Assembly (NCBI GenBank): GCA_022749895.1
Contig: JAKIWS010000005.1
Coordinates: 8,827-72,826, forward strand
Direction of reading: 5' to 3'
Source of the DNA: Thermoplasmata archaeon
Lineage (GTDB): Archaea; Thermoplasmatota; Thermoplasmata; Lutacidiplasmatales; UBA184
Length of the DNA: 64,000 nucleotides
In this document: positions 27,147-38,200 of the stretch, one piece after another
Layout of the letters: each line of letters begins with the position of its first letter
How positions within the stretch are numbered: position 1 is the stretch's first letter
Position numbers and translations under genes: made by a program
Notes under the pieces: generated by a model
Database searches by the model: none
What the model saw: the letters and a program-made list of their open reading frames with translations, nothing else
Told to the model about the DNA's origin: nothing

Positions 27147-28484
27147 CTACGCCGGTGGGGTTCCGCCGGAGAACTGGCGTTCGAGCTGGCGTCGCAGACG
27201 GCGGTTCGAGGCGATCCCGTGGGCCGCCTTCCGGGTCGTATCGTAGTACTTGAGGAGGGCCCGGACCTCCTGCGATTTCTGGCCGCTCCCGCGGGCGATG
27301 CGGTGGATCCGGTCGCCCTTGATGAGCTGGGGATTCTCGAGCTCCTCCGGGTTTATCGAGTCGAGGATCGCCCGGAACCGCTTGAGCCGTTCTTGGGTCG
27401 CCCCGAGCTGGCCCTCGTCGATCTTCGCGCCCCCGAAACCGGGGAACAAGGAGAGCAGCTTCGAGAACGAGCCCATCTGCCCGATCGAGTCAATCTGGGT
27501 GCGCATGTCCTTGAGCGTGAAGCGCCCCGTCATGAGGTGCTCCGCGGCCTTCTCCGCCTCCTCCTTGTCGGCGAGCTCGTCGAACCGCTCGAGCAGCGTC
27601 TGGATGTCGCCCATGCCGAGCAGGCGGGAGACGAACCTCGTCGGGTCGAACCGCTCGACGTCGTCCATGTGCTCGCCGACGCCGATGAAGACGATCGGGG
27701 CGCCGCTCGTCGCGACCGCGGAGAGTGCACCGCCGCCCTTCGCCGACCCGTCGAGCTTCGTGAGGATCACCCCGGTCAGCCCCACCGCCTCGTGGAACGC
27801 TTTCGCGCTGCGCCCGGCGCTCTGCCCCATCGCCGCGTCGAGGACGAGGAGGACCTCGTCCGGCTTGAGCGCGGTCCGGACCCGCTTCAGCTCCTCGATG
27901 AGATCAGGGTCGATCCCGGAACGACCGGCCGTATCGACGATCACCGTGAAGTGCGGGGGGAAAGCGCTCAGCGCCTCGGTGACGATCACCTCGGCCCGAC
28001 GTTCCGCGCGGTTCGCGTAGAACTCGCAACCGACCTTTTTCGCGACCTGCTCGAGCTGGTCGATCGCGGCCGGGCGGTGCACGTCGGCCGCGACGAGACC
28101 GACCCGGATCCCTTTCTTCTGGAAGAACCGTGCCAGTTTGCCCGCCGTCGTGGTCTTCCCCTGACCGAAGAGACCCGCGAGCAGGATCCGTCGCGGCTTG
28201 AGGTCGAACGCGCGATCCTTCCCGAGGATCCTCCGGATCTCCTCGTAGATGATCCGGACCAGGAAGTCGCGGACGTTCGCGCCGGCGGGGGGCTTCTCAT
28301 CGCGCGCCCGATTGCGGACGCGCTGGGTGAGCTCGATCGCGAGCTGGACGTTGACGTCGGCCTGGAGGAGGGCGCGCTGGATGTCGCGGCTGACCTCGTC
28401 GAGCATCGCCGCGTCGACGGTCGACCCCCGGGCGATCTTCTGGAGGACCCCGCGCAGCGATTTTCCGAGCGCGTCGAGGACCAT
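27147..28484 (-). CDS. srp54: Signal recognition particle protein SRP54
   Basis: ALLQADVNV, GQGKTTT, DTAGR, TKLDGSAKGGG, M domain RIARGSG. Confidence 0.96.
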   Translation of the reverse strand: MVLDALGKSLRGVLQKIARGSTVDAAMLDEVSRDIQRALLQADVNVQLAIELTQRVRNRARDEKPPAGANVRDFLVRIIYEEIRRILGKDRAFDLKPRRILLAGLFGQGKTTTAGKLARFFQKKGIRVGLVAADVHRPAAIDQLEQVAKKVGCEFYANRAERRAEVIVTEALSAFPPHFTVIVDTAGRSGIDPDLIEELKRVRTALKPDEVLLVLDAAMGQSAGRSAKAFHEAVGLTGVILTKLDGSAKGGGALSAVATSGAPIVFIGVGEHMDDVERFDPTRFVSRLLGMGDIQTLLERFDELADKEEAEKAAEHLMTGRFTLKDMRTQIDSIGQMGSFSKLLSLFPGFGGAKIDEGQLGATQERLKRFRAILDSINPEELENPQLIKGDRIHRIARGSGQKSQEVRALLKYYDTTRKAAHGIASNRRLRRQLERQFSGGTPPA

Positions 28485-28634
28485 GGTCGGCGTTCCTCGT
28501 CGTACAAGAAGGGCCGCCCCATTTATCGTTGGGGAGCCCGCCGACGGCGCTCCGGTCGGCGTGGGCGTGCGAGGACACCGCATGGCCGCGCAACGTTCTT
28601 ATCGGCACGGGCGGCTCTTTGCGTACGGACGACG

Positions 28635-30092
28635 ATGCCGGACGCTCCCCCTGCCCCCGCACGTCCCACGCCGCCCAAATTGAACCCGGTCCGGGTGCCG
28701 ATCGCCGAGGCCCCGGTCCAGGAACGGATCGTCGATTTCCAGGAGGTGCTGCATGCCTACTCGAAGGAGGACGCGATCCTGGAAGCCAAGCGGTGCATCG
28801 CTTGCCGGCGACCGTGGTGCGTGGAAGCCTGCCCGATCACGCAGGATTGCCGGGAGTACATCCAGCTGATCGCGGACGGCGATTTCAACGGGGCCGCGCG
28901 GGTCACGATCCAGGATAATCCCCTCGCGACGTCGCTCTGCAAGGTCTGCTACCATTACTGCGAGGACGCCTGCGTCGTCAAGAAGAAGGGCGTCCCGATC
29001 GCGATCCGCCACCTGAAGCGCGCGGCGCTCGAGTTTGGCACGAAGGAGATCGCGTACGTCCCGTCGCATCCGAAGGGTCAGCGCGTCGCAGTCGTCGGCG
29101 GCGGACCGGCCGGGTTCCAGGCGGCGTGGGAGCTCGGGATCCGTGGCTACGGCGTCACCGTCTTCGAGCAGGAGAAGCTACTCGGCGGCCTCATGCAGAC
29201 GATCCCCGCGTACCGGATGACGGACGCGGACGTCCAGGAGGACAAGCGACGGTTCCGCGACCTCGACGTGACGTTCTTGACCGAGCACAAGGTTGGCCTC
29301 GACTTCCCGCCGGAGAAGTTGCTCGAGCAGGGGTACCAGGCGGTCTTTCTCTCGATCGGAACGTCGGCGCACCGATCCTTACACGTGCCGGGGGAGGATC
29401 TTCCCGGCGTGGTGCCGGCCCTCAAGCTTCTCCACCAGGTCTCGGAGGGCGAGACCGTCACCCTCGGGAAGAAGATCGTCGTCGTCGGAGGGGGCGATGT
29501 GGCGATGGACGCGGTCCGCAGCTCGCTTCGGCTCTCCCACGGTGGGGAGGTCACGCTCGTCTACCGGCGCGGCCGCGAAGAGATGCCGGCCGACCCCGAG
29601 GAGATCCACGGCGCCGAGTCTGAGGGGATACGGTTCATCTTCCAGAAGGCGCCCGTGCGGATCCTCGGCAACGGTCACGTCGCCGGGCTCGTCGTCCAAT
29701 CGATCGAGCTGGGACCCCCGGATGCCGGCGGCCGTCGCAGCCCGGTGCCGGTTCCCGGGTCCGAACAGACCCTCGACTGCGACACCGTCGTCGTCGCGGT
29801 CGGCCAGAAGGCCGACCTGCGGGGATTCGGACCGGAGCTCGACCTCAAGATCACGTCGCAAGGCTGGCCCGAGGGGAAGGGGCCGGGGTACGCCACCGCG
29901 ATCCCCGGCGTGTTCGCCGCCGGCGGCCGTTCCGTCGTCTACGCGATGGGCACGGCGAGCAAAGCGGCGGAAGCGATCGACGCCTACCTGTGCGGTCTGC
30001 GCGGCGACAAGGTCGCGGCCCGTCCGGACCCGTTCGGCGGGGTCGCGACGTACCACCTTCCGGCCGGCTACACGACCCCGATCCGATCCTGA
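28635..30092 (+). CDS. GltD/SudA(NfnB)-like Fe-S flavoprotein oxidoreductase
   Basis: EAKRCIAC..CVEACP, KVC..CEDAC, GGGPAG, GGGDVAMD, VYRRGREEMPA. Confidence 0.88.
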   Translation: MPDAPPAPARPTPPKLNPVRVPIAEAPVQERIVDFQEVLHAYSKEDAILEAKRCIACRRPWCVEACPITQDCREYIQLIADGDFNGAARVTIQDNPLATSLCKVCYHYCEDACVVKKKGVPIAIRHLKRAALEFGTKEIAYVPSHPKGQRVAVVGGGPAGFQAAWELGIRGYGVTVFEQEKLLGGLMQTIPAYRMTDADVQEDKRRFRDLDVTFLTEHKVGLDFPPEKLLEQGYQAVFLSIGTSAHRSLHVPGEDLPGVVPALKLLHQVSEGETVTLGKKIVVVGGGDVAMDAVRSSLRLSHGGEVTLVYRRGREEMPADPEEIHGAESEGIRFIFQKAPVRILGNGHVAGLVVQSIELGPPDAGGRRSPVPVPGSEQTLDCDTVVVAVGQKADLRGFGPELDLKITSQGWPEGKGPGYATAIPGVFAAGGRSVVYAMGTASKAAEAIDAYLCGLRGDKVAARPDPFGGVATYHLPAGYTTPIRS

Positions 30093-30177
30093 GCGGCGGT
30101 CGCGCCTCGCGCCGATCGCTTCCCGTTTTCCGACGGAACTATCTTAGAGACGTCGCAGCCTACTCCGTCGATGACCG

Positions 30178-32883
30178 ATGAAACTCCGTGCACTTCGCCC
30201 GGCGCTGGTGATCCTGCTCGCCGCCGCCACGATCGCTAACTCGGCGCCGTTCGCGCTCGCCGCGGGCCCGCACGAACGAGCTCGCGGCGTGAGTTCTCCA
30301 TCGGCGATGTCACCCGACGCGGCCGCGATCCCCGCCGCGCTGCTGTCACCTTGGGCGGCCCGGGCCGGATATTCGCCCGCGTACGCGGCCGAAGTCGCAG
30401 GCGCCGGACCGGCCAGCGGGAATCTGACCGTCAGCCTCCAGCTCTGGCCGTCGACGACGTCGTTCTTCCGAACCCCGGCGCCCGGCGCCCCGGGCCTCAG
30501 TGTCGGGTCGCTCGCCGACCGGTACGGCCTCTCCCCCGCCGCGTACTCGTCCCTGGTCGCGTACTTCACCCACCGTGGGCTCGCCGTCCTCCACGCGTGG
30601 CCGGATCGCCTGGGGTTGACCGTGTCGGGACCCGCCGCGGCGATGGGCACCGCCTTCGGTACCCAGGTGCTTCAGGGCTCCTTCGAAGGTCGCACGGTCA
30701 CCTTTCCGGCCTCCGTGCCGACGCTCCCCGGGCCGTTCGCTACCGAAGTCGCTGCCGTCTCCGGCCTCACGTACGGCTTTTCCCGGTTCACGATCCCCTT
30801 CGCGACCGCCGCCCTTCCGGCGGGGTTCGGGGTCCACCCCGCGATCACCACCCCGTCGCGGAGCACCGATTTTGTCACTCCAGCGGGCGCCCGGCTCGTC
30901 TACGACTTGAACGGTCTCTACAACGTCTCCGGTACGCCGAAGTACGCGACCGGGATCGGGATCGCCCTGCTCCTGTGGGGGTGGGGGTACGACCCCGCCG
31001 ACATCCAGGGTTTCTTCGGGACGTACTACCCCAGCCAGTTCCCGGCGGTCCAGTACTCGGACGTGGCGGTCGACGGGGCACCGGCGGCCTCCGCACAGGC
31101 GCTCAACGACCCGAGCAACGCCCCCCTCGAGCTGACGCTCGACATCGAGTGGGCCGGCTCGATGGCCCCCGGGGCCAACCTCTACGCCGTCCACGGCCCA
31201 GACGGGCCGGCGAACAACAACTACTCGCCCACCGACGCGACGTTGGAAGACGCGCTCAACACCGCGGTGAACGGACTCTCCGGGGTCCGAGCGATCTCGA
31301 TGTCGTTCGGAACCCCCGACAGCTCGGACGCCTCGTTCCAGGCGGCCTTCTCGCTCCAGTTCGCGAAGGCGGCGAACCGGGGGATCACGCTCCTGGCCGC
31401 TTCCGGCGACAACGCCGGCGACGCGAAAACATCGTGCACGGGCGGACCCTCGCCCCAGTTCCCCGCCGCCTCCCCCGACGTGCTCGCGGTCGGCGGCACG
31501 GCCCCGATCCTAACGGCGGACCCCCTCGGACAGGTCACCGGCCTCTCCAGCGAGCCGGCGTGGAACGATTCCGGCGGCGGCTACTCGGCGACCTATCCCG
31601 CGCCATCGTGGCAGCTGGTGGGTTCGGCGGCCGGCCCGATCGGCGCGCACGGTTTCCGGGGGATCCCGGACGTCGCGGGTCCGTCGAACCGGAACTTCTT
31701 CTACTACGGCGGGCAAGCGCGCGCCGGCCAGGGGACCAGCTTTGCCACGCCGATGTGGGCCGGCCTCGTGACCGAGATGGACGCCGTCTCGGGCGACAAG
31801 CTCGGCTTCGTCAGCCCGCGCGTGTACGTCCTTGGCGCCGCGGAGGCGAACGGCACGGCCGGCGCGGGGCTCGTCGACATCACAAGCGGGGCGAACTGCC
31901 TCGGGAACGCCGTCACCGGTTGGGACCAGGTGACCGGCTGGGGCTCGCCCCGTGCGAAGACGCTCTACCTGGACCTCGTCTCGACGTTCGTCAACGTGTC
32001 GCTCGTCGCGACCCCCGCGCCGGTGCTACCGGGCGGCGCGCTGACGGTGACCGTCCTCGTCCTCAACCTGACCAGCGGGCGGCCGATCTCGACCCTCCCG
32101 GTCCAGTTCGCTCTCGCCGCTTCGAATGGATACACAGGCCCGTGCGGGGGGTCGCTGGCCACCGCGGTCGCCCCGACGAACGCGAGCGGCTTCGCGGTCG
32201 CGACCCTGGGTCTACCGGGGTGTTACTTCGGGAGCCACGCCACCGTCTCCGCCCTCGTGCAGACGAACGGCTTCTTCGGCAGCAACTCGACGAGCGTCGC
32301 GGTCAACCTCGAGAGCCTCGCCGGGTTCCTCGCCGCGCTCCACGTCTACCCGTACAACGTGATCGGGTTCGTGATCATCCTCCTCGTCGCGGTCGGCATC
32401 GCGTATGCGATTGGCGAGTTCCGCCACAAGCGGGCGCGCGCCCGGGCCACCCGAGCCCGTGCAGCGGCCGCTCCACCGGTCCGTCGGGCCGCCCCGCCCG
32501 CGGTCCGACCCGCTCCGCCGAAACCGGCCGCGGTCGTACCGTTGGCATCGAAACCGGCGCCGAGCTCGAGTATTTCCCCTATGACCGCGACCGGGGCCGG
32601 TACGACCCCAGGCCCCCTGGGCGGGAGCTCGTCCACGATGGCGGATCCGATCCCTACGTCGGTTCCTCCGCCCGATCCTCCTCCGTTGTCGGAAGAGACC
32701 GACGTAGAACCGGACCTCCCGACCGACGATCCTGTCCCGTCGACGGTCCCCGACCATGTCCTCGACCCCTCCGGGCCCGCGCCGGCCCCTCTGCCTTCGA
32801 GCGGCGCCTTCGCGTGTCCGGTGTGCCACGCGATCCACCCCGTAGGGACGAGCATCTGTTCCGTATGCGGGACCGCGCTCTAG
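30178..32883 (+). CDS. S53 sedolisin-family peptidase with Ig-like domain, TM, Pro-rich tail and double zinc ribbon
   Basis: Prodomain; ELTLDIEW (E..D), AASGDNAG, GTSFATP catalytic motifs; tail CPVCH..CSVCG. Confidence 0.92.
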   Translation: MKLRALRPALVILLAAATIANSAPFALAAGPHERARGVSSPSAMSPDAAAIPAALLSPWAARAGYSPAYAAEVAGAGPASGNLTVSLQLWPSTTSFFRTPAPGAPGLSVGSLADRYGLSPAAYSSLVAYFTHRGLAVLHAWPDRLGLTVSGPAAAMGTAFGTQVLQGSFEGRTVTFPASVPTLPGPFATEVAAVSGLTYGFSRFTIPFATAALPAGFGVHPAITTPSRSTDFVTPAGARLVYDLNGLYNVSGTPKYATGIGIALLLWGWGYDPADIQGFFGTYYPSQFPAVQYSDVAVDGAPAASAQALNDPSNAPLELTLDIEWAGSMAPGANLYAVHGPDGPANNNYSPTDATLEDALNTAVNGLSGVRAISMSFGTPDSSDASFQAAFSLQFAKAANRGITLLAASGDNAGDAKTSCTGGPSPQFPAASPDVLAVGGTAPILTADPLGQVTGLSSEPAWNDSGGGYSATYPAPSWQLVGSAAGPIGAHGFRGIPDVAGPSNRNFFYYGGQARAGQGTSFATPMWAGLVTEMDAVSGDKLGFVSPRVYVLGAAEANGTAGAGLVDITSGANCLGNAVTGWDQVTGWGSPRAKTLYLDLVSTFVNVSLVATPAPVLPGGALTVTVLVLNLTSGRPISTLPVQFALAASNGYTGPCGGSLATAVAPTNASGFAVATLGLPGCYFGSHATVSALVQTNGFFGSNSTSVAVNLESLAGFLAALHVYPYNVIGFVIILLVAVGIAYAIGEFRHKRARARATRARAAAAPPVRRAAPPAVRPAPPKPAAVVPLASKPAPSSSISPMTATGAGTTPGPLGGSSSTMADPIPTSVPPPDPPPLSEETDVEPDLPTDDPVPSTVPDHVLDPSGPAPAPLPSSGAFACPVCHAIHPVGTSICSVCGTAL

Positions 32884-32962
32884 CCGGCGAAGGTTCCCGC
32901 GCCCGCCAACGTTCCTCACGGTCGGGAACGCCGTCCGGTTTCGGGGCCGGTAGGATTCGCGT

Positions 32963-33943
32963 GTGACCGAACCGCGCTCCAAGCATCCGTCGGTGGCCGA
33001 GGTCGCGCGCGATTACATTGGAGCCCATCCGAGCATCCGCGAGGCGTTGCGCGACGACCTGGTCAATTACGCCGCGCTCGCGCGGAAGATCCAGCAGGAG
33101 CAGGGCCTCGCGAGCCTCGAAGCGTTGACTGTCGCGTGCGCGCGCTACCAGCGGGCCGGCCGGGGCGATCCGCCCGGCCTCCTGGCGGTGCGCGCGATTG
33201 TCCGGAAGAGTCACCTGGAGGTGCATTCGCACGTGGCGTTGCTCCGGCTCGATGACGACTGGAGCGTCCTCGACGCCGTGCTCGCCCGGGGCCGCCGCGC
33301 CGTGAAGGAATCGACCGAAAGCCACCTGTTCGAGGTATTCCAAGGTACGCGGTCGGTGACGGTGCTCTGTCAGGAGCACCTCCTCCCGGCGCTCCTCAAC
33401 CTCGTTCCCGAGGCGAAGCGCCTCGGGACGGAGCGCGGGCTCAGTGTCCTCGCCTTCCGGAGCCGGCCCGGGGTCGCGGAAACGCCGGGCGTCCTGGCGT
33501 ACTCGGCCGATGAACTGTTCCGCAACGGGATCAACGCGCTCGAAACCGTCAGCGTTCACGCCGACTCGATCCTCGTGTTCCGGGACCGGGACGTCCTCCC
33601 CGCGTTCGCGACGTTGTCGCGCTTGTTGGCGACGTTGGACGGCCCCTTCGACCACGGTCGACAGGAACCCGCCCGGTTCTCGCGATCCATGGGTCGGGGG
33701 CCGCCAACCGCGAGCGAACCGAGACGGAGATCCCGCCGGCCCTCGTCGACGGGCAGCGAGGGTTCGGTCGACTCAATCGGGAGGGGCGCCCGGGGTCTCC
33801 GCGGGGGGGGGTGTCCCCGAATCCAGGTCAGGCTTCCACGGGTGGGGCTTCGCCCCGGCGCTCGGGGGTCCGGATCGGCTCGGGCGCCGACGGCGCGCTT
33901 TGCAGGGCGCCCTGGAGCAGCACCGATCGTTCGCGGGCATTGA
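32963..33943 (+). CDS. Archaeal ACT-domain protein, paralog 1, with low-complexity C-terminal extension
   Basis: HPSIREALRDDLVNYAALARKI; ETPGVLAY..LFRNGIN..E.VS. Confidence 0.8.
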   Translation: MTEPRSKHPSVAEVARDYIGAHPSIREALRDDLVNYAALARKIQQEQGLASLEALTVACARYQRAGRGDPPGLLAVRAIVRKSHLEVHSHVALLRLDDDWSVLDAVLARGRRAVKESTESHLFEVFQGTRSVTVLCQEHLLPALLNLVPEAKRLGTERGLSVLAFRSRPGVAETPGVLAYSADELFRNGINALETVSVHADSILVFRDRDVLPAFATLSRLLATLDGPFDHGRQEPARFSRSMGRGPPTASEPRRRSRRPSSTGSEGSVDSIGRGARGLRGGGCPRIQVRLPRVGLRPGARGSGSARAPTARFAGRPGAAPIVRGH

Positions 33944-34217
33944 GCCCCGGATGCTGGCCGTAGAGGTGAATCTCGAGACTGGCGCGGGTCGCGTACTGGC
34001 GCGCGCAGACCGGGCAGAGGAACGCTTGGGAGTCCCCGATGAAGCGGGAGCATTCGCACCCGACCACGTGGCACGGCATCGGGGTGGTCCGGTCGCGGGG
34101 GCGGCTGAAATGCCGGCGGAGCCGGCCGGTCTGGGGGGAGAGAAGGTAGTGGCTAGCCCGTAGGTGGGTGCAGACTCGGCAGGGGAGTAGGCGCAGATGA
34201 CGTCGCTGGGTGACCAC
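33828..34217 (-). CDS. Small Cys/His-rich protein with C2H2 zinc finger
   Basis: CRVCTH...SH, CHVVGCECSRF, CPVC-x12-H-x4-H. Confidence 0.65.
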   Translation of the reverse strand: MVTQRRHLRLLPCRVCTHLRASHYLLSPQTGRLRRHFSRPRDRTTPMPCHVVGCECSRFIGDSQAFLCPVCARQYATRASLEIHLYGQHPGLNARERSVLLQGALQSAPSAPEPIRTPERRGEAPPVEA

Positions 34218-34470
34218 AGGCGGGGTTCTGTCCTCCTTCCGTTGTCGTGCCGTCCGCCAGAACTTCCTCGGGACCCGGCCCGTGTAAGACCCTGGACGGC
34301 TACCGCACGAGGTAGCCTAGAGGCATATATCCTCGGCGTCGCCCGCGCGACATCCGACCCCCCCGCGGTGTCGCCCGGGCGGCACCCGATTCGGCGCCAT
34401 ACCGGCGCCTCTCCGCCGAGCGCAACCCTCTTCCCGCGCGACCCCCCTCGGCTTCCCCACCACAGGGTCG

Positions 34471-35166
34471 ATGCCGGCGGGGAAGGGCGCGGGGCCGACA
34501 ACGGCGGAACTGACCCGGCGGTACATCGACGACCACCCGGCGATCCGCGACTGCTTGGGCTACGACATCGTGAACTTCACGGCCCTCGCCCGCAAGATAC
34601 GGGCCGAGACCGGCGCCCCCAACCAGGAGGCCATCGAGGTGGCCCTCCGCCGGTACCCTCGGTTGATGCGGCCCGAGAGGCCCCTCGAGCTCCGCGTGCT
34701 CGACGTGGTCAAAGGGAGCCGCCTCGAGGTCCGTACTCGCGTCGCGATCATCACGGCGCGCGCCGACTGGGATCTCCTGGGCCGCGTCCTGGAAACCGGT
34801 CGCACGCTGCTCGCCGATCACCGGCACTTGCTGCAGCTCCTCCAGGGACCCGGCGCCCTCACCATCCTCTGCGAGGAGGATCTCGTCGACGCCGTGCTCG
34901 CGGTCCTCGGCAAGCGACCCGTGATCGCGGTTCACCGGCAGCTCTCGGCGCTCACCGTGCGGAGCCCGGAATCGATCGTCGAGACCCCGGGCGTGCTGGC
35001 GTTCCTCGCGGGCGCGCTGTTCCGGGCGGGGATCAACAGCCTCGAACTGATGAGCGTCTACACGGATTCGACGTTCGTGGTACGGGAAGCGGATGTCGTC
35101 CATGCGTTCCAGGTTCTCTCGCGCCTCGTCCACCCCCCGGCCGACGGGGGCCGGGCGCTCGATTGA
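34471..35166 (+). CDS. Archaeal ACT-domain protein, paralog 2
   Basis: HPAIRDCLGYDIVNFTALARKI; ETPGVLAF..LFRAGINSLELMSVYTD. Confidence 0.82.
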   Translation: MPAGKGAGPTTAELTRRYIDDHPAIRDCLGYDIVNFTALARKIRAETGAPNQEAIEVALRRYPRLMRPERPLELRVLDVVKGSRLEVRTRVAIITARADWDLLGRVLETGRTLLADHRHLLQLLQGPGALTILCEEDLVDAVLAVLGKRPVIAVHRQLSALTVRSPESIVETPGVLAFLAGALFRAGINSLELMSVYTDSTFVVREADVVHAFQVLSRLVHPPADGGRALD

Positions 35167-35290
35167 GCCGGCCGATCTTGTCCGCTGTCCCCTCGCGTTC
35201 TCGGCGGAGGAATGCTGGTGAGAGGTATATATGAGCCCGAAGATAGGCGAGGCCTCCGAGAGAGCTTCTCTCCGGAGTCTGGGTTCGACG

Positions 35291-38200
35291 ATGTCGTATG
35301 TAGGTCGCCGTCGCATGGGGTTTAACGGTCCGCGTTCGCGTCGCGGGCTCTCGTCGATCGCCGGCGTGATCGTGATCGTGGTCGTCCTCGCCTTGATGGG
35401 CGTCACGACGTACGCACTTACGGGCGGCTTCTCGAAGACCCCCCCGCCCGCCTGCGCCCCCGCGGCGTCCCCCGTCTGCACGGCCTCCCTGAACCTACAC
35501 GACGTGAGCGTCCTCCTCCCCTACCGGTCGGTCCAGGAGGGGGCGAACGTCCCCGTCACAGCTTCCGTCCCGAACGGCGAGGTCGTCTCGAACTACTTCT
35601 TCAATTTCGGCGATACGTCGAACGTTAGCTCCCGCGACGCGACCAGCACGCACGTCTACGCGGTGCCCGGGATCTACCTCATCGTGGTCCTGGCGAAGGT
35701 CAATGGCGTCTTGCACGACAACATCCAGGGGCTGGTCCAGATCGTGGTCTCCGCCACGTTCACCTCCAACACCGCGGGCAATCTCCCGTCGGTCTCCGGT
35801 TCGATCGTCTCCAACTCCACAACGACCGCATCCCAGAAGGGCGCGACCGCCGTGCTGCTGCCGCAGCAGAGCGTCACGCTCTCGGCCGCCTACACCGCGG
35901 CTCCGACCAACCCCGCCTACACGATCCTGAAGCCGAGCTTCGTCGTCGGGGGCGGGCTCACCTCGACCTTCGTGATCACCAACACTAGCGCCATCGCGAC
36001 CGTCACGGCCGCGACGCCCGGTCTCCATACGGTCACGTTCGTCGGGGGTGCCCAAAGCGGCAACCTGACCGCGTGGCAGAACTTCACCTGGAACGTCTTC
36101 GTCGCGCCGCCCTCGGTCCACGCCGGCGTCACCGGCCAGCAGCACCACAAGAGCCCCCACGCCGGGTCGATCATCGCCTACGAGCTCGTCCCCGGAGGGT
36201 CGGCGAGCGAGGATCCCGCGATCGACTACGAGACCGCCGGCGCGGAAGCGATCTACAACGTCTACCAGCCGCTCATCACCTACAACGGCACGCAGGTCGG
36301 GCCGGACCCGAACAGCTTCGTGCCGGTGCTAGCGACGTGCGTTCCGGGCAGCGCGCAGTGCCAGCGGATGTACAGCTCGACCCTGGTCTCCGGGACCGAC
36401 TACACCTTCGTCATCAACCCGAACTCGAGCTTCTACGACCCGTCGACCCAGAACCACTGGGGCGTCTGGCCGACCGACGTCGTCTTCAGCATCGCGCGGA
36501 CCGTCGGCTTCGCCAACCTGCCGTGCGTCTCGTGCAACCCCGGCTGGATCATCGCCCAGGCGCTGCTCGACCCCGGCAACCCCGGATGGAGCAACCTCCA
36601 CAGCTCGTTCAACAACACCCCGCTCCCCGTGTTCAACTCGATGACGATCAACGAGAGCGGCGTCTGCACCACCGTGATGATGGACCCCGCGACCGGGCAC
36701 GGATGCGTCACGTTCCATGCACACGGCCACGGGAACGCCTGGCCGTACTTCCTCGAGCTGATGGCCGACCCGCTCGGGGGCGGCATCGTGCCGTGCGGAT
36801 GGTTCAGCGCCTCGTCGCAGGGCGCCGGGATCCCGTTCTGGACGGCCGGAAACGTCACCGGCGCGGGCGACCAGCCGTGCGGGGCTCCGGGCAGCCCGGG
36901 CTGGGGTCGCGCGCCGGCCAACATTCCGCCGCTTGGATGGGACCAGTGGGAGCAGCTCGGGAGCGGCGCGTTCGGAACGTACCTCGGGCACGTCCAGTGG
37001 AACATGCTCGGGAGCGGTCCCTACTACATGTCCCAGTTCGTCCTCGGCGTCTCGTTCACCCTGCAGGCGAACCCGGCCTACAGCCAGAACCCGTACTGCA
37101 CGTGGTCCGGCTGTGAGCCCAAGCCCGGGACCTTCGCGAAGACGGTCGACGTCTCGTGGGAGACCTCGGCGACGCCGGGCGAGCAGGCCGCGAGCAGCGG
37201 CGTTGCGGACTTCGCCTCGATACCTTCCGCCGACATCGCGTTGCTCCTCGAGCTGATCCAGCAGGGGAAGGTCCAGACGATCAACGCCCCGACGATCACG
37301 ATCGCGTTCTATCCGTTCAACTTGAACTTCAACTTGGGCGGGGCGCAAAAGTACACCTCGAACCCGATCACGGTCAACAACGACTGGTTCAGCTACCTCG
37401 GCATGCGCCAGCTGTTCGAGCGCGCGTACCCCTACACGACGATCGCGAACACGCTGCAGACGAAGGACGGACTCGTCCTGTCGTTCAACTACGGCGGGGC
37501 GATCCCGCAGTACATGGCGAACTACTACCCGACGAACATTCCGTGGCCGAACACCGACCCGTGCACCGACGCGTCGAAGGTCGCGTGCCCGGCGTACTGG
37601 TGGGCCCAGTTGCACAACACGTCGGGCCCGTACTTCGACCCCGAGGTGCTCCGCTGCTCCTCCGGCAACCCCTGCTCGCTCCCGATGTTCGGTGGCACGG
37701 GCTCCGCGTCCAACGACCAGCGGATGGCGCTCTGGGCGGCGTCCGTCAACACCGTCACCGGCGGCGCGGTCGTGGTCAACCCGGTCGACATCAACTTCGT
37801 CGACATCCTGATCAACGCCGCCGCGGGACCCGGGGTCAATTCGCTGCCGACGTACGCCCTCGGGTGGGCGCCGGACTACCCCGACCCGACCGACTACGTG
37901 AACCCGCTCTACCTCCCCAACGCCACCTACACGTTCGGGGACGCGGTCATGCAGCAGCTCTGGCAGACGCAGTTCGCGTCGAACTGCGCGCACCCGACGT
38001 CGGACTACCTGTACTACGCGAACAACAGCTTCCCGCAGAGCTGCCAGGGGGTCGCCTACAAGGCGATGCTCGTCGCGCTCGGTCTCGCGTCGACGGCGCC
38101 CGCCGGTCCGGCGCGGGTGCTATTGTACGACTACGCGGAGAAGATCGCCTACCAGCTCGCGCTCTACACCTACACGGGTCAGGGGAACCTGATCTACCCG

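Noticed and set aside
34219-34270. RNase P RNA-like words GAGGAAGTTC and ACAGAAC on the minus strand
   Set aside because: They are only ~30 nt apart, pair with each other as a simple hairpin, and cannot form P4 or the catalytic domain.
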